Positions 31,414 through 38,247 of a stretch of DNA of 38,247 nucleotides are shown here, in pieces. The stretch is from Gemmatimonadaceae bacterium (GTDB lineage Bacteria; Gemmatimonadota; Gemmatimonadetes; Gemmatimonadales; Gemmatimonadaceae). Both the position numbers and the translations under genes were made by a program. Position 1 is the stretch's first letter; the number at the start of each line of letters is the position of its first letter. The stretch spans positions 1 through 38,247 of the forward strand of contig JANRJP010000116.1 in assembly GCA_033763905.1 (NCBI GenBank), given 5' to 3'. The notes beneath the pieces were generated by a model that was not told the origin of the DNA, did not search any database, and was given only the letters and a program-made list of their open reading frames with translations.

Positions 31414-32597
31414 GCCGCCGAGGCCGCCCCGCGGCCGACGGGCATCGGGCCAAGACTTGGGCCCGCCGCTCGCGCCGCGTCCGGCGCGTACCGCGCCACC
31501 GCACCCGGATCCAGCAGTTCGCTCAGCGTCCGCTCGAACAGGAAGGTGCCCTGCCCGTCGATCCGCATCAGCACGTCACCACGGGTCTCGCCCGGCCCAC
31601 GATCGCGTTCGGCCACCGTGATGTCTTCGACGCACGCCCGTTGTAGCATCAGCCAGTCGCAGAGCACCTCCGCCGCGGCCCGCTGATCCAGACTGCAGTG
31701 CTGGCGCTCGGCCTCGGTGGCAATGACCGCGCGCCACCGCGCCCACTCCGCCATAGCGGCGGGCGTGCCGCGGCAGCTCCGGAGCGCGAGGCGGATCTGC
31801 TCCAGCAGTTCCAGCAGGTAACCGCCGCCCGGACCGGCCGGATCGCGGCTGAGCGACGCGAGCAGCTGCTGGACCGGCGGCGGCGTCAGGACCGTGGCCA
31901 TCGCGCTGATCCACGCGCGGGCCACCGCATCGTCGACCGCGTGCCGCTCGGTCGTCGAGAGCCCGGGATGCACCGCGGCATCGAGCAAGGCGACGATCGG
32001 GGTGGCCCGGTAGCCGAGGGCTGCGATGAACAGGCCCTGCGCCACATCGGCGGGCGATGCGAAGGAGACGTACAAGGGTGCCCCCTCGCCCACCGCGGCA
32101 ATCGGGCCCGGCGGCTGCGCCCGCTGCGCCAGCTGGGCCCGCGTGGCCAACGAGCCGCGATTGCGTGAGCTGTCGGGCCAGACGTGCCCTTCGGGGAGAA
32201 TCACCGCATCGGCCTCCAGCATCAGCTTGAGCGACTCCGGGTAGGTGCGGTTCCTGGGGAGCGCGAGCGGCTCCGGGGGCGCCACCGGGGCGGCCGGCCG
32301 CTGCGGACTCGCGGTCGCTATCCGCAGGGCCGGCAGCTCAGGCGGTGGCTCGGCAGGCTCGGCGTCGGGTGGCACCGCACGCGACCGGGCGTCGTCCAGA
32401 ATCACCAAACCGACCAAGGCCAGCGCCGTCCCCAGCGCGGCGGGCACCAGCCACCCCGCATCGCCGCTGAGGATGCAGAGGACGGTGCCGATCAACAGCG
32501 CGGTGAATCCACCGAGCACGACGTATGCCCAGCGGGGGTCTCCGGGACCGGCGATGCGGCGAGCCAGCGCGTGCAGACGGTTCATCATTGGGAGCAT
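31410..32597 (-). CDS. Hypothetical membrane protein (2 N-terminal TM helices, Pro-rich linker, soluble domain); start 32597 or 32588
   Basis: WAYVVLGGFTALLIGTVLCILSG and WLVPAALGTALALVGLVIL hydrophobic pair; fills the gap between neighbours. Confidence 0.55.
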   Translation of the reverse strand: MLPMMNRLHALARRIAGPGDPRWAYVVLGGFTALLIGTVLCILSGDAGWLVPAALGTALALVGLVILDDARSRAVPPDAEPAEPPPELPALRIATASPQRPAAPVAPPEPLALPRNRTYPESLKLMLEADAVILPEGHVWPDSSRNRGSLATRAQLAQRAQPPGPIAAVGEGAPLYVSFASPADVAQGLFIAALGYRATPIVALLDAAVHPGLSTTERHAVDDAVARAWISAMATVLTPPPVQQLLASLSRDPAGPGGGYLLELLEQIRLALRSCRGTPAAMAEWARWRAVIATEAERQHCSLDQRAAAEVLCDWLMLQRACVEDITVAERDRGPGETRGDVLMRIDGQGTFLFERTLSELLDPGAVARYAPDAARAAGPSLGPMPVGRGAASAA

Positions 32598-32684
32598 CGG
32601 CGGTCTGCGGCCGATACTTGACCGGACGCGAGCGTCACGGTCGCGTTGAATTGTCAGACCCTCCGAGCGAGCTTCCTGAACTCC

Positions 32685-33482
32685 ATGCACCGCACCGTCA
32701 ACGGCACCTCGCTCTATCTCGAAGACTCCGGCGGATCTGGGCCGGTGGTGTTCTTCAGCCACGGGCTGCTGCTGAGCTGTCGGATGTTCGACGATCAGGT
32801 GGCCGCGTTGCGGGACCGCTTCCGTTGCGTCGCGTACGACCATCGCGGCCAGGGACGCAGCGCGGACAGCCACGAGCGGGCCGTCTCGATCGAGACCTGC
32901 ACCGCCGACGCGATCGCGTTGATCGAGCAACTCGGCGCGGGCCCGGTGCACTTTGTCGGCCTGTCGATGGGCGGCTTCGTGGGGATGCGTGTGGCCGCGC
33001 GTCGTCCAGACCTGATCGCCTCGCTGACCCTGCTCAACACCAGCGCCGAGCCGGAGGAGCCGACGCACCTGCCTCGGTACCGCACGCTCAGCACCATCGT
33101 GCGATGGTTCGGCCCACGGATCGTGATGGGGCGCGTGATGCCGATTCTGTTCGGTCACGCGTGGCTCGATGACCCGCACCAGCAGGAGGCGCGCGCGCTC
33201 TGGCGTCGCCGCTTGAACGGCAATCGCCGCTCGATCGTCCGCGCGGTCGCCGGCGTGCTGGAGCGCGACGGCGTGGCGCACGAACTCGGCCGCATCACCT
33301 GTCCCGTCGGCATCGCGGTCGGCGAAGAAGACGTGGCGACGCCGCCCGCGCAGGGCCGAAGCATCGCGCTGGCGATTCCGGGCGCCACCCTGACCGTGCT
33401 CCCGCGCGGGGGGCACACGAGCTCGATCGAACAACCGCACGCGGTGACGCGGGTGATCGAGTCGACGATCGCGCGCGCGTGA
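32685..33482 (+). CDS. Alpha/beta fold hydrolase (PcaD-like)
   Basis: FSHG, YDHRGQGRS, nucleophile elbow GLSMGG, GEEDVATP, GGH. Confidence 0.9.
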   Translation: MHRTVNGTSLYLEDSGGSGPVVFFSHGLLLSCRMFDDQVAALRDRFRCVAYDHRGQGRSADSHERAVSIETCTADAIALIEQLGAGPVHFVGLSMGGFVGMRVAARRPDLIASLTLLNTSAEPEEPTHLPRYRTLSTIVRWFGPRIVMGRVMPILFGHAWLDDPHQQEARALWRRRLNGNRRSIVRAVAGVLERDGVAHELGRITCPVGIAVGEEDVATPPAQGRSIALAIPGATLTVLPRGGHTSSIEQPHAVTRVIESTIARA

Positions 33483-33877
33483 CGGGCCCGATTCTGTTCT
33501 TTGACGGCGCCTGCGGCCTCTGTTCCCGCGCGGTGGTCTTCCTGATGCGCCGCGACGCCCGCGGCGTGATTCGCTACGCACCGCTGGGCGGCGCCACTGA
33601 CGCGACGCACGGCGTCTCGGATGGCGCGATCACGCCCCAACGATCCCTCGTCTGGCGCGAAGCCGACGGACGCGTGTTGCGGCGGAGTGACGGCGCGCTG
33701 GCCGCGGCGGCGGCACTCGGCGGCGCCTGGCGCTGGCTCGCCGCCGCGCTGCGGTTGGTGCCGCGCGGCCTGCGGGACGCGGTGTACGACGCCATCGCGG
33801 AGCGCCGGCATCGCTGGTTCGGCTCCGAGGCCTGCGAGTGGCCGACGGACGCGCTGCGCGCGCGGGTCCTCCCGTGA
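33479..33877 (+). CDS. DCC1-like thiol-disulfide oxidoreductase (DUF393 family)
   Basis: FFDGACGLC (DxxCxxC), RSDG, VPRGLRDAVYDAIAERRHRWFG...C. Confidence 0.85.
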   Translation: MTGPILFFDGACGLCSRAVVFLMRRDARGVIRYAPLGGATDATHGVSDGAITPQRSLVWREADGRVLRRSDGALAAAAALGGAWRWLAAALRLVPRGLRDAVYDAIAERRHRWFGSEACEWPTDALRARVLP

Positions 33878-34548
33878 GCCGCCGAGCCGCCGGCGTGCCC
33901 CAACCCGCTGATTTCACGCCGCGGGAGCGACGCGTGATTGCTGCGTTTCGGACCCCACGCGCCGTCCAACGATGGGCACGTGCCCTCCCCTACAACCGCG
34001 AAGCTGCGGGGGAAACGCTCCGGACCTTTCGCGGCGTGCTGCAGCATCGGACGGCCCATTGCCTGGAAGGTTGCCTGGCCGCTGCCACGGTGCTGGAACA
34101 GCACGGAGTGCCGCCGCTGATCCTGCACCTCGATTCGCAGGATGGGCTGGCGCACATCCTCTGGGTGTTTCAGCAGCGCGGCCGCTGGGGCGCGGTGGGT
34201 CGGTCGCGCGACGAAGGGCTGCACGGGCGCGCGCCGGTGTTCGACTCGCTCGAGGCGCTGGCGACGAGTTATCAGGTGCCGTATGTCGACTTTACCGGCC
34301 GAGTGACCGGCTGGGCGGCCGCGGATCTGCGGACCCTGCTGCCGCGCACCAATTGGCGGCTGGACCTGCGCAACGTGTGGAGCGTCGACCGTGCGCTGCT
34401 GCGGTTGCGGCACCATCGACTGCCGATGGCGAATGGCGCGTACCGCGAGTGGAAGCAGCGCTACGCCGACTTCCGGGCGGAGCACCCCGCGCCCTCGGCC
34501 CGGGCGTGGCACCGATTCTACGGCGCCCACGCACGGGACTGGTGGTGA
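33874..34548 (+). CDS. Transglutaminase-like cysteine protease, vasohibin-like (putative Cys63-His94-Ser111 triad)
   Basis: Motifs AVQRWARALPYN, AHCLEG, HILWVF, GRWGAVGRSR..L....PVF.SL..L; GTG start overlaps the upstream TGA. Confidence 0.7.
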   Translation: MSRRAAGVPQPADFTPRERRVIAAFRTPRAVQRWARALPYNREAAGETLRTFRGVLQHRTAHCLEGCLAAATVLEQHGVPPLILHLDSQDGLAHILWVFQQRGRWGAVGRSRDEGLHGRAPVFDSLEALATSYQVPYVDFTGRVTGWAAADLRTLLPRTNWRLDLRNVWSVDRALLRLRHHRLPMANGAYREWKQRYADFRAEHPAPSARAWHRFYGAHARDWW

Positions 34549-34551
34549 TGC

Positions 34552-35520
34552 TCAGGCCATTCCGAATTCGCGATTGAACGCGACCTGGAACGCGAAGGAC
34601 TTGGCCCTGCTGCGCGTCTCCATCATTTCGGCGACGCGCTCGAGCCGGGCAGGAATCGACAGGATCTTCTCCTGCGCCCGCTTGCCCATTTCGTCGAGGC
34701 CGGTCACCGCTTCGATCGCCCAGAAGCGGATCTGTTCCTCGACGATCTTGAGGTAGTCGCGTGGACCGTAGATGCCGGCGCGACGAATGACGTCGGCCAT
34801 CTCCCGGAAGTGCGGCATCGAGATGCCGGGCATATCGATCGACGGCATAATCTCGGCCGCGGAGGCCAAGGCGCGGTTGGGATCGCGCGCGAGCACTTCC
34901 TTGAAGATCGTCCGATAGAACGTGTAGTGGCGCGCCTCCTCGGAGGCGACGTTGCGGAGCACCTCGCCGATCAACGGCTCGTACTCGCCGGCGAGCTTGC
35001 CGACGTTGGCGTGACTGATCTGCGTGGCCCGCTCTTGGAGCGAGGTGTACACGAACACGCGGTACGGATCGGCGTCCCACGCCGGATTGAAGCCGGCCTT
35101 CAAATACTCGAACTGCATCCGCTCGAGCACCGGCTGATCGAGAACGCGCGTGTCGTGCGCGTAGTCGTGCAGAATGGCCCCGTGCCGATCTTCCTCGGCG
35201 GTCCAAAGGTTCGTCCACTTGTGCCAGAACGAATCGTTGCCGAGGTACACCGCGAGGAGCCGATGGAAGTGCGGCAGCCCTTCTTCGGTGAGCAGATTGA
35301 GCGCCAAGGCGACGCGGGCGGGCAGCGAAATGCCGCGCGCGCGTTCCCGGAGTTGTGCGAGCCAGGAATCGGGATCGGTGTCGGCCGGCGGCGCGAGAAT
35401 CTCGCTCGGCATCCAGAGCGGGCGCTTGGCCTCGTGCTGGACCATCATCTGGTCGACGACCGGCTCGAGGTCGGCGAGTACTTCGACCTTGGCGAGCGTT
35501 TCGAAATGCGGAGAAGTCAT
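34552..35520 (-). CDS. Soluble acyl-ACP desaturase (ferritin-like di-iron, DesA type)
   Basis: NLLTEEGLP, WTAEEDRHG, QERAT, EEARH di-iron motifs, IDMPG. Confidence 0.9.
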   Translation of the reverse strand: MTSPHFETLAKVEVLADLEPVVDQMMVQHEAKRPLWMPSEILAPPADTDPDSWLAQLRERARGISLPARVALALNLLTEEGLPHFHRLLAVYLGNDSFWHKWTNLWTAEEDRHGAILHDYAHDTRVLDQPVLERMQFEYLKAGFNPAWDADPYRVFVYTSLQERATQISHANVGKLAGEYEPLIGEVLRNVASEEARHYTFYRTIFKEVLARDPNRALASAAEIMPSIDMPGISMPHFREMADVIRRAGIYGPRDYLKIVEEQIRFWAIEAVTGLDEMGKRAQEKILSIPARLERVAEMMETRSRAKSFAFQVAFNREFGMA

Positions 35521-35620
35521 AGGCCAAAGGTCGCACCCTGCGGCGATGGGGGCTAGGCGCGAGACGGGATTGTCACGGCCCCGATGTGCCTTCTCAACGC
35601 GTGACTTGCCCGTCCAAACG

Positions 35621-35661
35621 CACAACGCCCCGCTCGGCGAATCGCCGAGCGGGGCGTTGTG
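35621..35661 (-). terminator. Strong hairpin downstream of susD
   Basis: Perfect 19-bp stem CACAACGCCCCGCTCGGCG / CGCCGAGCGGGGCGTTGTG with loop AAT; only CGTTT follows on the minus strand. Confidence 0.7.
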
Positions 35662-35674
35662 GATTCCTTCGCCC

Positions 35675-37057
35675 TTACGGGTTCAGGTTGGTGCAGACCG
35701 CGCTGGCGTACAGCGGGTTGTTGCGCTCTTCGATCGGAATCGGGAGCACGAACGCGGTGCCGTACTGCGCACCGGCCTGCCGGACGTAGGCCCCGGTCGG
35801 GTAGACCGAGGTGGCGGTGCGGCCGTACTGCCGCACCAGACGACGGAGGTCGCCCAGACGGTGGCCGGTACCGAACATCCAGAACGCGCGCTCGCGCATC
35901 AGGTCGTCCTGACGGCCAGCCGCCGTGCCCGGATCGACCAGCGCGGGCAGCGCGGTGACCGTGCAGCCCGTGATGTGCGACGGGCAGGCGTACAGGGCCG
36001 TCGTGGCGCGGAGCGTGTTGAGGATCGTGTACATCCCCGGCGCGTCTCCGGCGTTGAGCGCCGCTTCGGCTTCGATCAAGCGGGCCTCGACACCCGAGGC
36101 GACGTTGACGCCGCTGAAGCGATCGTAGTTCGTCGGATAGCGACCGTTGGTGATCGACCCGTCGAACGACGCACCGGCCGCGCTGAACCGCACGCGCGGA
36201 TCGTTCGCCGCGACGAAGTTGATGCCGTTGGTGCCTTCGCCGTCACCGAGCACGTAGCGGCGTGCGCTGACGCCCAAGGCCCAGATCTGGTTGTCACCAA
36301 CGTTGATCGAGTGCGCCGTGCGGTTCGTGAAGGTCGTGGGCACGCCCGCGACCGCCGCCGCGGCCTGCGCAAACTGGCCGAGGTTCACCAGGATGCGGCC
36401 ACGAATGACCGATGCGTACTGCCGAACCGCGGCCGAGTCGGGCCCGACGCGATTCGCGAGCGCCGAGTCGGTGTAGGCCAGCGCCAGACGCAACACGGAG
36501 TCGCGGCTGATCGGCGCCGCCGGCTCGATGCCGCCCGGGCCATAGCCCGAAATCGGCATCGGCGAGCAGAAGTGCTCGGCCAACAGGACGAGCGCATACG
36601 CGGAGTGCGTGAAGAGCTCACCGATCGGCGACGTCACGGTCGACGCCGTCGCGGCGTTCACTTCGCGAATACGCGCGATCGCGTCGAAGGCCTCTTCGCG
36701 CACGCGCACCGACCCGCGGTACGGCGAGAACAGGAACGAGTTGTCCTCGAGCGTCACGCGCTGGTCGATCGTCTGGCGCTGGACGAAGGTGTCGCCACCA
36801 CGCCATTCGTCGGCCAGCAGGCCACCGAGCAGCCAGAGGTTCTCACCGCCGGAGCTGATGCCGAAGACGCGCGAGCGCACGCCATTGCGGAGCGCGCTGG
36901 CGCCGGCGGCACCGGTGATGTCATCGGGCAGCAGGACCTGCGGCGCGTCGACGTCGAGCAGCGCGGTCTCGCCGCTGCACGCATTCAGACCGAATGCGGC
37001 CACGGCGGCCAGGCTGAGCCGCGCGAGGCGGCGGGGAAGGAATCGGGTCGTTGTCAT
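35675..37057 (-). CDS. RagB/SusD family outer-membrane lipoprotein
   Basis: Lipobox GLNA-C, GLLADE, EARLIEAEA, ERAFWMFGTGHRLGDLRR, LPIP.EE..NP; directly downstream of a SusC-like gene. Confidence 0.85.
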   Translation of the reverse strand: MTTTRFLPRRLARLSLAAVAAFGLNACSGETALLDVDAPQVLLPDDITGAAGASALRNGVRSRVFGISSGGENLWLLGGLLADEWRGGDTFVQRQTIDQRVTLEDNSFLFSPYRGSVRVREEAFDAIARIREVNAATASTVTSPIGELFTHSAYALVLLAEHFCSPMPISGYGPGGIEPAAPISRDSVLRLALAYTDSALANRVGPDSAAVRQYASVIRGRILVNLGQFAQAAAAVAGVPTTFTNRTAHSINVGDNQIWALGVSARRYVLGDGEGTNGINFVAANDPRVRFSAAGASFDGSITNGRYPTNYDRFSGVNVASGVEARLIEAEAALNAGDAPGMYTILNTLRATTALYACPSHITGCTVTALPALVDPGTAAGRQDDLMRERAFWMFGTGHRLGDLRRLVRQYGRTATSVYPTGAYVRQAGAQYGTAFVLPIPIEERNNPLYASAVCTNLNP

Positions 37058-37062
37058 TGTGG

Positions 37063-38247
37063 TCAGAACCCGTAGTTGAAGCGAATGGTGTAGTACGCCG
37101 GCGGCGGCTGCGTCTGGAAGTCCGACTGGAAGCCGGTGCCCGAGAGGTAGTTCGACTCGGGGTCGATACCCGAGTAGATCGTCCAGAGCTTGAGGTTACG
37201 GGCGGCGAGGGTGACGCTGACATCGCGCCCCTTCATCGCACGGGCCCAGCTCTGCGGCAGCTGCGCGTTGATCGAGACTTCGCGGAGGCGGGTGAAGTCC
37301 GCCGCTTCCATAAAGCCGAACTGCGTGCGCGACGGGTCGAGACGCACCGCGACAGCGCGGGCCTGCTCCCACAGCGGCGCGTTGCGATCGGCGACGCCAC
37401 GGCAGTTGAGGCGGCTCTCGCAACGAATGCGGTCGGTGCCGTTGAGGATGTGGTGGCCGGTCTTGCGGTCGACGAGCGCCGAGACGCGGATGCGGCGGCG
37501 CCAGAACTCGAAGCCGCCCTGGAAGGTCATTTCGTGCACGGGGAGCTGCACACCGACGTACTCGAAGTTCGGGCCGACGGTGACTTCCGAGGCGACGAGG
37601 ATGCCGTCGTTGTTGGCATCGCTGTAGCCCGTGATCGGCCGCGCCCAGTAGCCGTTGACCGGGAAGCCCGGGACCTGGCGGGTGGTCGTGCCGATGATCG
37701 GGGCGACGTCACCCAGCGACTGCAGGCGGTTGACGTTGCGCGAGCCGTTCATGATGAAGTCCGCACCGAAGTTGACGCCATCGATGAGCTTCAGGTTGAG
37801 CAGGTACTCGAAGCCGCGGTTCGACACCGAGGCCAGATTGCCGAGCTGCGTCGCCGGGCCACCGACCGAGGGCGGCAGCGTGCGGCTCAGCAGGCCGTTC
37901 GTCGAGAGCTTCTCGTAGTAGGTGAACTCGAGGTTCACCATCGACTTGAGCAGGCCGATTTCGAAGCCGGCTTCGGTCTCGCGCCCGCGTTCCGGCGTGA
38001 GGGCCGAGTTGCCCAGCGACGTGAAGACCACACCCGGGAGGTCGGCGGCGCCGTCGTTCCAGGTGGCCGTGCCATAGGTGAGCAGTGCGTCGGTCGGACC
38101 CGGCTGCACCGCCGACTCACCGGTCGACGCACGCAGGCGGAGGCTCGACAGCAGGCTGCTCCGCGGGAAGAAGCTTTCGTCCGAGATCACGTACGAGAGC
38201 GAGACCTTGGGCAGCGTGAGTGCACCGAAGTCCTTACCGAACGACGA
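37063..38247 (-). CDS. SusC/RagA family TonB-dependent outer-membrane transporter, 5' partial
   Basis: Frame is open from the window end (SSFGKDF..PKVSLSYVISDESFF); LRLRAS.G, LTPER..E.EAG, N...VSNRGFE, RLREVS, YSGIDPE, terminal Phe. Confidence 0.9.
   Translation of the reverse strand, partial: SSFGKDFGALTLPKVSLSYVISDESFFPRSSLLSSLRLRASTGESAVQPGPTDALLTYGTATWNDGAADLPGVVFTSLGNSALTPERGRETEAGFEIGLLKSMVNLEFTYYEKLSTNGLLSRTLPPSVGGPATQLGNLASVSNRGFEYLLNLKLIDGVNFGADFIMNGSRNVNRLQSLGDVAPIIGTTTRQVPGFPVNGYWARPITGYSDANNDGILVASEVTVGPNFEYVGVQLPVHEMTFQGGFEFWRRRIRVSALVDRKTGHHILNGTDRIRCESRLNCRGVADRNAPLWEQARAVAVRLDPSRTQFGFMEAADFTRLREVSINAQLPQSWARAMKGRDVSVTLAARNLKLWTIYSGIDPESNYLSGTGFQSDFQTQPPPAYYTIRFNYGF

Overview
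High-GC bacterial chromosomal window, mostly housekeeping. Gene content and style (alternative GlmU-like protein, SusC/SusD pair, Bat-type MoxR/VWA cluster, bshA, soluble acyl-ACP desaturase) suggest Gemmatimonadota; this is an inference. Left to right: partial GlmU-like gene and a YycJ/WalJ-like MBL hydrolase; a large secreted hypothetical; SulP transporter plus beta-carbonic anhydrase; groES-groEL with a clear CIRCE element; a ~17 kb minus-strand run (site-2 protease, scpA, scpB, rluB, moxR-DUF58-hyp-batA-batB/C-batD/E, mutL, miaA, bshA, uppP, birA, coaX); rpsT; a pyrR-pyrB-pyrC operon extended by a class II aldolase and a coiled-coil/Zn-ribbon protein; two convergent hypotheticals; a coupled alpha/beta-hydrolase, DCC1-like oxidoreductase and cysteine-protease-like operon; an acyl-ACP desaturase; SusD and partial SusC. 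I saw no rRNA, tRNA, CRISPR or mobile element. The best lead is 33874..34548, which by eye carries the motif set of eukaryotic vasohibins (tubulin detyrosinases, Cys-His-Ser triad). Other leads: a CdvA-like coiled-coil protein, a PyrR that appears to have lost both its RNA-binding residues and its attenuator, a MutL with a Cys-to-Asp metal-site variant, and recurrent leaderless-type promoters. Comparisons to reference proteins are from memory and need HMM or structure confirmation.
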